Positions 44,260 through 57,564 of a stretch of 64,000 nucleotides of DNA are shown piece by piece; within the stretch, counting starts at the first letter, position 1, and the number at the start of each line of letters is the position of its first letter. The DNA lies in the NCBI RefSeq assembly GCF_025526975.1, contig NW_026515676.1, positions 682,001 to 746,000 of the forward strand, read 5' to 3'. Under the pieces are notes generated by a model. It was not told the origin of the DNA and did no database searches. It saw nothing but the letters and a program-made list of their open reading frames with translations. This DNA is from Fimicolochytrium jonesii (taxonomy: Eukaryota). Position numbers and translations under genes: made by a program.

Positions 44260-47200
44260 TCATCTCCGAGATGCACTCCCAAAAGCCATAGGCAATGAAT
44301 TCGACGGTCCATTCAACCTGCGCGCGCGTTTGCCCGACTGCAACGGCGGCAGCACAGGCCCCGAGTGCGTATTCGCCGACGTCCCCACAACGCCCGACGC
44401 AAACGACCCTGGATTCCCCGCATGCCCCCTGGCGCTCGTATTCAAACCACCCGACACGCGTCTCCTGCCCGTTGGGGACGTGCTGTTAAGCGAGCTATTA
44501 CTCGTCGAGTGGATGCTGGTCGCGCCCATCCACCGGGTTGGGGAGGTGGGTTGATGCCGATGGGAGAGGGACTCAGCGAGGGAGGCGGTTGGGGCTGGGA
44601 TGGTGTGTGGGTGGTGGTTGAGCAGCGGACGTTGGGTGGTTGGGAAGTCGCGGGCGGTGAAGCTGATGCTGGGGCGGTGGAAGCCGTTGGACTGGAGGCC
44701 GGCGAACAGGGGGTCGATGTGGGGTTGGGAAGCTTTGCCGCGGAGGCGGCCGCCGGGGATGGCGAGGTTGGCGGGGTTGAAGGAGGATTGGGGCTGGGTG
44801 AAGGTGGATCGGGGACCTAAGGGATTTGATGCTGCTGCCTGGGAGAACAAGGATGGTGCTTGGGCGAGGTTTAGGGAGTAGTGGTTCCTGGGGGCGCGGT
44901 TGGGACTGGCTCGGGGAATGTAAGGGTTTGTCGGTTGAACGAAACTGAGTCCTAGGGAATAAGACACATGAAGAAGATCGTTAGGCTACACTGCAAACAT
45001 GCTCTTTCCCAAATACATTTGCATTACCTTGCACCTGCAACTGCTTCCCTCGTGTATTTGTCTGCTCAGAGAAGAAGTCCCCAAGGAACGGTGGCGACGA
45101 GCGCTTCCCCGGCGCCGTCGGTGACGCATGACTCTGTCGCTGTACGCCATCCTCATCAAAGTCATTCAACAGCAACGACTCGTTCGCCGGCGCATCCATC
45201 GCCCCAAGGCTTTGACTCTTGGCTTCAAACCGTACCGCTTCCGCAGTCTTGTGCAGGTTCGCCGGATGGGATCTCGTCACATCCATCTCAACTTGCTCAC
45301 CAGCCGTCATCTCGGACGCGCGCGGCCGCCGTTGTGGAATCGCATTCGATGGGGCTATCTCCTTTCCTTGTCTTCGACTCTTGATCTGTGGCAGCGGGGA
45401 GTGGGTGATATTCTCCGGTTTCGACAGCGCCGGTTCATCCTGCGACCAACCCGAGATGCGCTCATCGGAGAGGTCACGAAGAAGACGGTCCAGGTGCTGC
45501 GGGGAAAGTTCGGTGTCTGGGGCGCGATGTATTGGTGGGTCTTTTGTGTGCGCGGTTCCGAAACCACCGATGCCGGGTAATGGGGAGTACATATGCCGGG
45601 AAGGCGTGATCTTCCCGTCGCGGTCTATTCTCCCGGGTGCTACCTGCAGGTTGATGGAAGCACGCGATTTCGGTTGTCGCATAACCGTATCTGACTCTCT
45701 CCCTCCACCTATGTCATACGGATCGGAAGACGCATTTGTCTGCAAGGATGCATGTGGCGGTGAATATGAAGTTCCGGCAGGTTGCTGTGCCCTCCGATCC
45801 CCAGCGCCCGCTGCTGAAGCCGATGATTTCCGACTACCGGGCGCAGGCAACGAGAACGGATGTGCGTTCAGTGAGGCACGACTATGCCGAGGCGAAAGCT
45901 TCGACGATGGCGTGGCCCACCGCCCGAACTGGTTCTGATCCGCGTCGTCACGGTTCAACCGTACGCTCTCCCGGTTGGGGCGTTCGGATTCATAGTCGAT
46001 CTCTTTCCCAGTGGGTGAGCCACCCGCTGCCTCTCCCGTTGCTGCCTTCGTTGCTGTTGAAGATAGCGCGTTCTGGCCTGCCAGCGCGTCCAGTTCGCTT
46101 TCTATCAGCATCAGATCGAGCGAGGAGGCCACGGACGCTGTTCGATCGAGGGAGATGCGCGAACTTCTTCGCCGCGCTATGCTCTGCCGTGCGGAGCCTT
46201 CTCGACTGCTCACTATTTCTTGCCCCACCGCCGTCCGCTCTTCCAGTGCCTCCTTCGATGGCTGCGCCACTGTCCCCGCCATAGCCAGTTTCGCCATTGG
46301 TGTATCCCACATATCCGCAAACCACGGATGCTGCAAGGCCTGTTGCGCCGTCGGTCGGAGATTCGGATCATACCGAAGCATGTCGGCGATAAGCATCAAC
46401 GCGCTATCGGACGCGTTGGGTATAACCTGCGCCAGAGGGACACTCGGCAACTGCGGAAACCGAAATTTCATGCTCCCGGCTAACCGCAGACCCTCCGCCC
46501 ACGCCCCGCCACCCGTGATGTGCTGTCGGGGGACTTCAGCTGTCGCCCCGTACTTTCCGGCAAAGGCGCCGTCTGTTCCCATTGCTCTGTTCCCTCCGCT
46601 TTCTAACCCTGGGGTGCCTAGGATTTCTACGACTTTGAAGAGTTGGTCCATTTCGGAGGTTCCGGGGAACAGGGGCCGGAGGGTGAATAGCTCGGCCAGT
46701 ATACAACCGACTGCCCACATGTCGATTGGGGAGGAGTATGATGTGGAGCGAAGAATGATTTCTGGCGCGCGATACCTGCAATGCCCAACGTCAGTGATGT
46801 TCTCAGCCGGCACGTTTCCGAGTGATCAGCTTTTACCATCGAGTGCTGACGTATTCCGTATATGGCGGTCGACTTCGAATCTCTCGTGTCAACCCAAAAT
46901 CAGCCAGCTTCACAGTTGTCCCGGCCATCAGGAGGTTTTCTGCACAAACAAGACGGTGATGAGGACCCAGTTGAATCAGGTAACCCCCAAGGGCTCTTCC
47001 TCCTACCTGGCTTCATGTCCCGGTGAAAGAACCCATGCTTATGCATATGCGCGAGACCCAGTAACACTTGAAATCTGCACAGACATTTCCAGCATCAGTC
47101 ACAACTCGAATCACACTTCAAACACCTTCAAGACGCCGCGCCTCGCCCTGCCTGTCCCTCCAACCAAACTCACATCAAACTCTTAACCTCCGCCTCCGTA

Positions 47201-47570
47201 AACAAGCTCCCCTCCCGATTCTTCGTATGCTGGTACAGGTTCCCCTCCATGAACTCAAACACAAAGTACAGCTCGTCATGTTCCCTCAGCACCTCCTTCA
47301 GCTTGATGATGTTGACGTGGTTGCTCAGCTTGGCCAGCGATTTGACCTCGCGCAGGTTCACCGCTTCGTCCCAGCTGTAGTACTTTTGTTTCATTTTCTT
47401 GATCGCAACCTGCGTTGAAAAGTTGGGGTGAGCGATACAGGTCTCAATACCCCCCGTACTGTTGCCCCCCCTCTCATACGTACCGTCTCCCCCGTCTCCA
47501 CATGTGTCCCCTTCAAAACGACCCCAAACGACCCGTCCCCGATCTGTTTGGCGATTTTGTACTTGTTCAT
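44260..47570 (-). CDS. MAK/ICK/Ime2 (RCK) family Ser/Thr kinase with long disordered tail, multi-exon
   Basis: [45 protein letters not shown]...[19 protein letters not shown]. Confidence 0.93.
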
Positions 47571-48386
47571 AGCTGAGGGCTGTTCTTACGTCCGAAAGTG
47601 GGGAAACCGCGCGGGGGGCTCTCAATGGATGAGGCGCAGGGTGGAGAGCACAGTTTCCAGGTCCAGCCGCCGACTTCCAGTATGCATATGTGGTTCTATG
47701 CGTCCTACAACCGAGCTTTTCGCGTCCCCTAGCAGCCCCTGTGCAAAAGTCCGGCGTCTAGAGCGGAGTTTGTGTTTCCCGCAGCCGTTCGACTACCGAA
47801 ATGTGCTGTTTGCTGTTCGAGGAAAGCGCTCATGGTGAGTTACGTGTAGCATGCCCGTTGACCATTCCCCCGGCACAGCAGGTATTGGCCACGACGCGGG
47901 CAAGAAGCTCAGCATCGGCGCAAGCAGAGCATACCCCCGCCGTCGCAAAAGAACCTAGAGGCCGAGTTGTATGTACCTGTTGTTTCCCCAATAGCAGCAG
48001 TCGCAGCCATTTTCCACGGTCTGGGGACTGTCTAGTGCTGAGCCAGGCGTTGGCAGGAGCGAAAACACGCCGGGCGGTTGTGGGAAAACGCGTCAGGCAG
48101 CCGCGCGCGACGTAACAGGAGTAACAGGCTCAGCAACCCTAACCCCCGCTCAACCCTGCGCTCAACCCACAAGTGCCCAAACACCCAAGTGCAAAAGATG
48201 GCAACGTTGGGTAACAGTTGCATTTTCATACCCAATCCCAAGTGTATGAGAACAAGGCATGCACATGACTTCTCAAAAACCCCCGGGGGCCTCCCAAGTC
48301 CTCTCTGCCCTCTTTCCTACGTATCCACTGCTCTGAAAACAAACACATAGGCCCCGATTCCCCACCCCCATCTTCCATTTGTAGTC

Positions 48387-49275
48387 CTACTCGTCCTCCA
48401 GATCGGCGGCAGCAGCCGTATTAATCTTTTGCGCGCGGTAGAATTCAGCGACCTGCATTTGTGCATAGCGTGTGTGCGTGTCGTAGGTGTGGGGTGTAAG
48501 AGTGGGAACAAAAGCGAGAAACCGAATAGAAAACAAAATGTTGGTCAGTCACTGCTCAAATTCCACACCCCCAGCCTCCTCCACAAAGCAAACAAAGCAA
48601 AACCCAACAACGTTCTCACAACCCACCTGCCCAGCATTAGTCGCCTCCTCCGCCTTCTTATCCTCCCTCACCCTCACAAACCTCGGAAACCTCAAACTCA
48701 CACCCTTGTTCCGATCCACCAGCCCGACCGCCGCATGATGCACAGGCGACACGGACAAATCGGCCGCTTTGACCTCCCACACGGCGTGCGGGGCGAACCA
48801 CACGTCGGGCGTGAGGTTCGGCGAGTCGGTGTAGCGGTAGTACGACCGCGGGGAGGGGATGATGTGGGGAGTTAGGGTGGCGTGGAGGGTGGTGAGGTCG
48901 GATTCGGTGAAGCCTGTGCCGATCTGGGTGCGGGGTTGAAAAAGTGAGTGGGGTGTACGGATGCAGGGAAGTGGACAAACCCCCACCCCAACCGTCAGCA
49001 CGTCCGTACCTTACAAATACTCTGCCACTCCTCCCTTTCCTCATCATAACACGCCAACAAAAACGCCCCATACACCCCCGTCCGCTTGCCCCTTCCCACA
49101 TACGCGCCAATCACGCACAGGTCGAACGTGTCGCCTAGCCCGGCGAGGTAGTCCTTTTTCACTTTGAGCCAGTTGCGCGACCGCTTGGAGGGTTCGTAGG
49201 TTGAGGTTGTTGTGAGGGTTTTGACCATGAGGCCTTCGCAATTGCCTGTGTGGGGGTAGGGGTGTGGGTTTGCGT

Positions 49276-49306
<31 letters not shown>

Positions 49307-52102
49307 ATTGGGAATGTGCGTCCGCTCTCGGATGAAAACATACCAACGACAGCCTCATCCAAAAACGTCTGGATCTCCTCGACATCTTTCGACTCCATAT
49401 GCTTCGCGAGCGCAAACACGCCGGGGACTTCGATGAAATGCTCGATGAGGAGGGCGCGCCGGGTTTGCAGGGTTTCGCCGGTCAGCGGCTGAGACGGGGA
49501 AAGCAAAAATGGGGGTTGTGAGCAAAGAATTGCGCGACCCATAAGATGGTGGGTACGCTCTTGACCCTACCTTTCCGTTCAAGTACAACAGATCGAACGC
49601 AAACACGCAGACTTGCACCTGCACATCAGCAGCTTGCACGTCCTACGCCATCCCCAATGCAAGTCAACTCAAAATGCCATGAACAATTCCCGCAAAAGCC
49701 AAGGCTGTTCAAAACACAAAACTCCCAAACAAGCAGCGCCCCCCCCCCCCCCCCCCCCCCCCCCTTCTGTAACCAACCTTCCTCTTCCGCGTACTCAAAA
49801 CCTGAAACGGCAAAATACACTGCTTCTCCCGATCCCACGCGACGGCCTCACAGTCCAGCACAAACGACTTCGTGCCTTGCTTAAACACCTGAAAAAATCG
49901 GGGTAATGAACTAAATGAGGCCACATGCATCTCTCCAAACAAAAAAAGCGACCACCGGCCAAGGAAAAAGCAAACCTGCGGTAACGCCTCCACAATATCC
50001 GGGTACTTGACACTCAGATTCTCCGAATTCCTCGAATACACCATCACATCTCCGCTCTCGATCAGATGGATCTGCGCGCGCTCGCCATCATACTTATACT
50101 CGCACGTAAACTCGACGTTCTCGAACCGATTCAGGACGTCCAGCAGGGATTTGGTGGGGTGGGCGAGCATGGGTTTGAGGGGCACGCCGGGGCGGAGTTT
50201 GCAGTGGAGCGGGAGGGCGGGGATGCCGTGGGTGAGCATGGCGGGGATGATTTCATCATAGTTGGGGAGTTCGCTGGCGGGCGGGCGGGGAGAGAGAGGG
50301 GTGGGGTTTAGTGCCGTTTGGATATGTCGACCACAAATGCGGGCATAGAACAGAAAGCCCCAAACATACTTGTAAACATGCTTCAACGTCGCCGCAGCCT
50401 CACTCAACACCGCTGCCCGTTTCTCCTCCCCCATCTTCTCCACCTTCGGATCCGCCAACGCGCCCGCATGCGCCAACGCCTGCAATATACTCTGTTCCGC
50501 CAACCCAATCCTCAACTTGCCCTCCAACGATCTGATCAGATACTTCGGCTCGTTATCCTTACACGCAACCAGAAGTTTATTGATCTTGTTGATCTTGAGT
50601 GCCTGCGAGGACTGGCCGGTGATGTTGGCGATCTCGCGGAGGGTTTTGAGGACGGACGCGACAGTCAAGGGGGGTGGAGGGAACATGGTCTTCTGATGTC
50701 CCCGCCGGGCCTGCGCGACGGTGCCGAGGTCGCCCTGTTCCGCCACGTCCTGCTTGATGCTCTGCGCTGAGAGTCCCGTAGCCTGCGCAACGGCTTTGAT
50801 CAAGATACTCTCCCCGATCCCCAGCTCCTTGCCCTCGTATTCCGGTCCGATGCGGTTGAGACAGAGGTAGATACACGCGACGAGATCGTCGGGGGATCGC
50901 TCGATGACCTGTTTGAGGAAGGTGGTGAGGTAGGCGAGGATCTGGAGGCGTTTGGTGGTGGCGTCGATGAGTTCGAAGGTTTTGCAGAGCGCGGCGTAGG
51001 GGACTGCACTGCCCGGTTTCCATTTGAGGCTGCCGTGGGACATGATTGTGGAGGTTTTGTCGATCAGTTTGGCGGTTTCTTTTGTTTCCGCTTTGGTGTC
51101 GGGTTTCTCGGGGGGTGTTGCTTTTGTTTCGGCTTTGGAGTCGGGTTTCTCTGGGGGGTTTGCGAGGTTGTCGTCTTCCTCCTCTTCATCTTCTTCCACT
51201 GATGAAAAGTCATCGCTTGAGGATGTGTTCAGACCGTGGACCAAACCGGTCTTTTCCGGTCGCTCCTTCGACGGTTTACTATCCGCCATCTTCTCTCCCG
51301 CTTCACTGCGCGCAGCCACAGCCACCGGCTTGACCGTCGGCGCCATGTCGATATCAGGCTCCCAGTCGTCACCCTTACTCTTCTCCTCCTTATCCTCATC
51401 CGCGTCCACATCTGTCCCCGACTCCGAATCCTCCACTATCCGCCGTTTCTTGACAGACTCGACCTTCCGCGACTCCCCACTCTTCCGTTTCTTCGCTGAG
51501 ATTTCGCCGCTGGCGCCATTTGTGGTGGCTGGACCGTGTTGCGTGTTCTCTTTGCCTTTGGTCGGGGTTTGGGCAGGGAGGGCTGGTGGTTTGGGTTTTG
51601 TTTCTTTGGTGGGGTTGAGGGTTGTAGTTGAGTCGGGGGGGTCCGAAGGGTTGCTATCTTTCTGACTCTGTAAAGGAGATGGTGAGCTCGAATTAACGGG
51701 CATACCCTTCAAAGCACGGGGAACAGGGATGTTTACGGACCTCCTGCTCGGGATCTTTGGCAGATGGCGACGACGGCGTCGTTTTGGCTTTTTTCTGAAC
51801 GGGCTCCGCACCCTTCCCACCAAAGAAGGAACTGCCATTGTGGGTATGTGGGTGAGTTCGAAGTCGTTCCTCTTTCTTCCGACTGTACTTGTTTACGAAT
51901 TCCTTACCCCAGAGTGGTTTGCTTTTTACCCGCCATTCCTCGACTACTACGATGTAGACGGGGATAGGTAGTTGTAGGAAGTCTCTCACTCTCCCGCTTC
52001 TTTAGCAGCTAGCTGAGGACTACAGTACGGCTTGGTATGGGGAGCACACGAGGGAGGCGTTTGGAGGTGGAAAGCCGTGCGGAGCTCAGCGAAAGGGTGC
52101 AT
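48387..52102 (-). CDS. LIG1: DNA ligase I (ATP-dependent), multi-exon; 5' end uncertain
   Basis: [74 protein letters not shown]; ends ...DLEDE* at 48387. Confidence 0.95.
49279..49764. repeat. Complementary intronic homopolymers: G28 (49279-49306) and C26 (49739-49764)
   Basis: Read directly; each run lies in a different LIG1 intron. Confidence 0.9.
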
Positions 52103-53933
52103 CCACACATGTGCAAACCGGACACGGAAAAGGAGGGCGTTCGGACATGGTGACTCGCGCAATGGACGGCACCCTCCCGTCAAATGACCGCGTCGCCACG
52201 ATCCCAGTGTTCCCAACTCATTACCTCTTCCTTGACTGGTTCTCGAATGTCTTTGACCCCGTCTACATCGCATTCGCGGACGAATGCTACGGCAGGAGGC
52301 GGGCAGCTACGTGGTATCGCTGAGATGCTCGAGCTGTGTACCGAGATGCCCGCTCAGGAGAGGTTGTTTCAGTCAGGACTATGAGACTATGCATGCTTCT
52401 ACTGCAATTGCATCGGAGTGTGCTGCAAATGCCTTCCCCAGGTATGCGCTTCCAATCGGAATCCCATACATAACCGACGCAAGGTTCAAGAGGAGCGAAA
52501 GTCATTTTCAGATCGGCAGACCGCCTCCGTCCGGAACTTTCCTCGGGGACATTCATTCCCCTTGAGACACTCGACAGGCTTAGACTGATCCCCGAAAACC
52601 CTAACCCCAGCCCGAAAAGTCCAAGCCCGATCGACTTGGGAAGGGGCAATGGGGCATGGACATTTGAACGTGGCGATTCCATATGGGTTCAAATAGATGA
52701 AGTGGAGGAGCAAGGAAGAAAGCACAGCACCGTCGGAAGAAAGCTGATGAGGGGTGCAAACGGCGAATCACATCCTCCATCGCATCGAAGTTCGAACCGT
52801 GCTGCCTGACACATGGCGCAATGCGAGAGACGATCGAATCCGCCCATCCTTTTGCAACATTAAACAGCTCCCGAGTGAGGATTCTGATGAGGAAGGTGCT
52901 GAGCCTGTTGAGAGGCGCCCGCCAAGTTGCGCAGCCGCTGTCAGTCAATCAAGGCGATTAGAAATTATAGGATCCCCGCCTTGACGTCACAGACCAGTTC
53001 TGGGTGACGATCATTCATCCCATCGGCGGTATGTGATGATTCCGATCGGGGGGTACGTTGCAACGAGAACCGAGAGCGTGGAGCGTTGTATTTGAGCCGA
53101 GCCCGTGGAGTTGCTGAGAGTGAGAGAATGCAGGCGCGTCTCCATTGATCAACTCCTCCATTGCGGGGGCGGTGAAAAAAAGGCAGGCGAAAAAAAGCAA
53201 AAAGCGGCGAGGGGCGGGCGATGTTCCATGGCTATTCTTAATCCCCAGTCTGATGAGACGCGCGCTCTTTCCTTCCACTCCCCTTCCACTCCGACCTCCG
53301 ACTCGGACTGGCTTGGCTGTCTTGCCACAGGAAGTAAAAGCCCGTGAGATCGCCTTCCGAATTCAAAGCATCCAATTCATCCCATAACAAGTCGATCCAC
53401 CCGCGCAACTCTCTGCTCTCTCGTTCTTCCCTTTCCCTATCCTTTCGCTCCCACACCCAACATAAGTCTTCTTATCGGTGGCCGGCGTTCTTTCTCCCAA
53501 CCCCCACTTGGCGTATCAGATCTTCCGTCCTCACACGTAGCTGGATCTCACGCCTGTCTGTCTGCCGGTGCTCGCCCACCAGCTCAACTTTCAAACCCCG
53601 ATCCTATTTTCCCCCCTCCTTAGCGGATCGAGTTGTTCTCTCGAGACACACAACGGTTTTGCTCACACGTTTTTCTCGTCTGCTGTTTCTCCGACGCTGA
53701 TAGTTGGGAGGGCCCGATCGTATATAAACATAGACCCTGCTGCCGCTGCCCTTCTCTGGCAGAGTATAGAGTAGTTGTCGCACACCACTGCTAGAACACT
53801 ACCCACGATACCTTCCTTCCCATCGTTCGTTCAGAGCAACCTTGCCTTCGACCGACGTTATAGAAACAGTGCAGCAAACATACAGGACCTTTCTCGACCT
53901 TCCTCACACTCAACACACAACACCAACAGCATC

Positions 53934-55616
53934 ATGATATCGACAGCAGTCCTCAACCAGCGGACCCGCACCGCCGTCGTGCCCCACCGCCCATCCTCGA
54001 CTTCATCCACATCCTCCTCAACTTCAGCATCAACATCATCATCAACAAAGCGAGGCGGCCACGTCTCCTTCGCCGTCTCCTCCTCGGAGATCAAATCGCC
54101 CCACATTCTCTACAATTGGTCCGGCGTCAACCCCATCGCCAAGCACTCGCAGATCTACTACCCAACATCCAAAAAGGAACTCGCACAGCTGATTCGGTCA
54201 ACACATGGCCGCGTCAATGTCGTAGGCTCTGGATTGTCGTATGAGAAGATTATGACGACGCCCATGAACGACCCCAGCGCTATACTAGTCAGCATGAAGA
54301 ACTTTGTCGGCCTCAGACGGATGACAAAGGATACAGCAGTGTTTGGAGCAGCAACGACTATCGACGAAGTCATCCGTATCCTTGGAACCCACGACCGCAT
54401 GATGCCCTGCAGCCCCGGCGTCATCGGCGTGCAAACCCTCGCCGGCTCCATCGCAACCGGCACCCACGGCCAAGGTCTCTTCCAAAGCAGCTACGCCGAC
54501 ATCGTCACCTCCCTCCGCGTCGTCCTCCCCAACGGCGACCTTGTCACCGTCGGCGGACCCAACGGCCGTGAGGACTTACCCCTCGAAGCCTTCGCGACCT
54601 CGATCGGGATGCTGGGCATCGTCACGGAAGTTGAGATTTCCCACGCGCCCCGCCGGGTCTTTACCTGCACGAAACTGACGTGTGATATCACCGAGTTTCT
54701 GCAGATGTATGTCAAGTGGAACGAAAGCATCGAGTTTGTGAAGGTGTGGTGGTTCCCGGAGACGGACCAGGTGCATGTGTGGTTGACCCACCCGGCCGAC
54801 ACGGACTCGCCGGCCTACAAGGCGTTTGCGGCATCGGACCGCGTAAGACCCTTCGAAGCCGAGGTGTCGTCGTCTGCGCTGAACGACACTGTGCTCCTAT
54901 ACTGCAAGGCCATGTCGCACGACACAAAAGCCGCCCACGACGACTCCTCCTCAGACACATCCTCCCGCTCCCCCTCCCCATCACCCTCCTCGACATCCTC
55001 CCCATCACCCTCCGCCCAAACCACCACCCCCCCACCCCCAACAGACCTAACCCTCCCGCCCCAATTCCGCACCGTCCGCCGCTTCGCCGACGCCCGCGAC
55101 CTCACCGGCTACCAAGAACAGATCCTCACCAAAGGCATCCCCGTCCCCCAAGTCAACTGCGAAATCGCCCTCCCCCTCTCCCACTTCACCTCCGCAACCC
55201 TGGCCCTCCGCACCTGGTCGCTCAACAACAAATCCCGCCTGCACTACCCGTTCATCTACCGCGCCACCGGCCAATCCCGCGCATGGCTCAACCCGGCCCA
55301 CTCGGGCCCGGTGGTGTACGTCGGGTTGCTGGTGTACCTAGCGGAGGACGGGAGCATCCGCGAGGACGGGTTGGAGACGATGCGGGAGGTGCAGGCGATC
55401 CTGGCGCGGTTCGGGGGGTTGCCGCACTGGGGCAAGCATTTTGGGCGCGAGCTGTACGACTTCCCGAATGCGTATGCCCGGTGGGGCGATTTCGCCGCCC
55501 TGAGGCAACGCGTGGATCCGCGAGGACGGTTTTTGAGCGAGTTTCTGGGCGGTGTTTTTGGCGCGACGACCGAGAGGAGGACCGCGCGGAGGGAGCCGCT
55601 TACGGCGAGACTGTAG
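53934..55616 (+). CDS. FAD-linked oxidase, aldonolactone oxidoreductase (ALO/GULO/GLDH, VAO) family, intronless
   Basis: NWSG; YYPTS; VVGSGLS; QTLAGSIATGTHG; GMLGIVTEV; C-terminal PHWGK. A TATA-like TATATAAA lies at 53721. Confidence 0.9.
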   Translation: MISTAVLNQRTRTAVVPHRPSSTSSTSSSTSASTSSSTKRGGHVSFAVSSSEIKSPHILYNWSGVNPIAKHSQIYYPTSKKELAQLIRSTHGRVNVVGSGLSYEKIMTTPMNDPSAILVSMKNFVGLRRMTKDTAVFGAATTIDEVIRILGTHDRMMPCSPGVIGVQTLAGSIATGTHGQGLFQSSYADIVTSLRVVLPNGDLVTVGGPNGREDLPLEAFATSIGMLGIVTEVEISHAPRRVFTCTKLTCDITEFLQMYVKWNESIEFVKVWWFPETDQVHVWLTHPADTDSPAYKAFAASDRVRPFEAEVSSSALNDTVLLYCKAMSHDTKAAHDDSSSDTSSRSPSPSPSSTSSPSPSAQTTTPPPPTDLTLPPQFRTVRRFADARDLTGYQEQILTKGIPVPQVNCEIALPLSHFTSATLALRTWSLNNKSRLHYPFIYRATGQSRAWLNPAHSGPVVYVGLLVYLAEDGSIREDGLETMREVQAILARFGGLPHWGKHFGRELYDFPNAYARWGDFAALRQRVDPRGRFLSEFLGGVFGATTERRTARREPLTARL

Positions 55617-57564
55617 AGCTGTTCCCACATATGTACTGTACCTAATCGTTACTTAGATCTGTAATATATCGTCAATGGCACGGGCTAGATAGAAGCAACG
55701 CCATGGCGCAGGCCTATGCAGGTTGAACAAACAAGCGCGGTCAACGGAGAGACCTCCAAAAACGTGGAATTCTGCAAAAGTTTTCTGACGGCCACGGGAA
55801 GAAAGGCAGGCCATGTCTTCCTTCGCCGAGACATGATCACAGCTTTTGTTCCCCATACATCTCTAGTACGTCAAGGCATGGAAGATTTCCTGTTATGTCC
55901 ATATGCTTCATATAAAAGTGCACCCCGGTCGAGTTCCCCTTGGCTTTTAAGTGACAGGTCGTGACATGTGTATGGACGGACGTGGCGAAATCGGCGCCTG
56001 ATGAGCTGGCTGCCGTCCACAGCGCGGGGAAGCACAGCACAGTACGCTCGAGAACGCGGGTCCTTTTCGCGGTGAGGTTCGTGCGTCAAAGCCACGGTCG
56101 AGCGGTCCAGAGCGTCGTCCTCCCCGTGTTGATCACAGACATGTACGGCGTGGATGCGATAAGGATGATCGGGCAATCTCCCCACCGGCGCCGGTCCGCC
56201 GAATCCGTTTCGGACTCCCGGGAGGGGAGCTGTGTACGAGCTGCACGGGTTGTATGCGAGCAACATCGCCAGCCCGTCATTCTCGATGGTTTAGCCCAGG
56301 CTATGAAGCAGGTCCTTTCCTGATCCCCGCAGTCGGGGGTACGAACTCGTGCATGCGTATAAGGGCCAAGCGCAATATCATCCCAAACTGCAAGTCGGGT
56401 CCATCCTGTCCGTGTTCTTCCCATGCAACGTCACAATCCTCAAAAGAATCGAGAGCAGTTCACTTCGCGGCACCCGTTGCGCGTAAAGGATGGGTGTGGA
56501 AGCGATGGCATCGGGTGCTGCGACGTGACATGCTTTCGATTTTTTTGAGGGGCGTGTGCCTACGGATTGACTAGCCCCAGACGGCGTGCGTGCCGTGGGT
56601 CGTGTGAATATTGGCGTTCTTATTTCGTGGCTTTTTGGCAGTGGTCCGTTTCGTGCAGTGGAGTGCTTCTTTTTAGAGTATTTTCGAGACTCTTCTTTAA
56701 CATCTCCAACGCGAGAGCCTTTTGGAACAGGAGTCGCATTGATTCCTCGTCTGCACGCGCTTCATGTGCCGTGTCGGCCTTTGTCGCTCTGGAGTGTGTC
56801 GAAGACTCTATAAACTGCAGTAGACAGCGAAGGGCGGTCAAGCGGGAGATCCTCCGGCAGTAAACCAATTATCGACCACTCGCGGATTCCGCGTCAATGG
56901 CATAGCTATTGAGCTGGTCGACGCAAAGCCTGCTCGCGGAGAAATGGAACAGCCGGCAGGTTAGGACAAGATGTATCCCCCCAATGAATCAAATGTGATG
57001 GTTTTCTCGTATATCAAGATCCCAACAAACAATTTACTGCGTCACGCCGCCGCATACGATTGCTTTATTTTCGGTCCAGATGCATCTCGTCAGATATGGT
57101 AAGGGTTGAATTCGGTTCCCACCTGGAAATCAGAAGCAAGGGCAGCAGCCCTACGACCACGACCACAAATTTGGGCTAGCCGTTCCTCCCTCTTGGCCAG
57201 GAGATTGGCGGTCTCTGTTGATATGAGGAGAGATTCCTTGCGATAGACTCCTTAGACACGGGAAGGAAAGGAATCAAACTCCTCTTGGGGGGGTGGGAGA
57301 TTCTCCAAGATTGCGTGGAATTGCGTTTCTGAGAGTGAGCCAAAGTGAGAAAAAGGCTATGTGCTTCAAGCCCCACCCCAACACAGCTAGTTCTCTACCT
57401 CTGGAGGTCCTGTCTTGTATATGTTTTCAGGTGCAATGTGTTTTGGGGATCGTGGGAACGGGCATGTCAAGATGGGAAACTCGCCGAAAGACCGTAACCA
57501 ACCCAGACGCGTTATCCTGACCAAGCCAATAGACTCTCTTTAGTTCGTCCAAACCTTACGCAAA

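Noticed and set aside
46011..47186. Long antisense ORFs (also 11414-12169, 25720-26517, 54716-55645)
   Set aside because: Shadow or alternative frames of GC-rich real genes.
53249..53275. CTGATGAG hammerhead core
   Set aside because: No stem II followed by GAAA.
55871..56950. Minus-strand ORF fragments between the ALO-like and SUZ12-like genes
   Set aside because: No recognisable domain or coherent exon chain.
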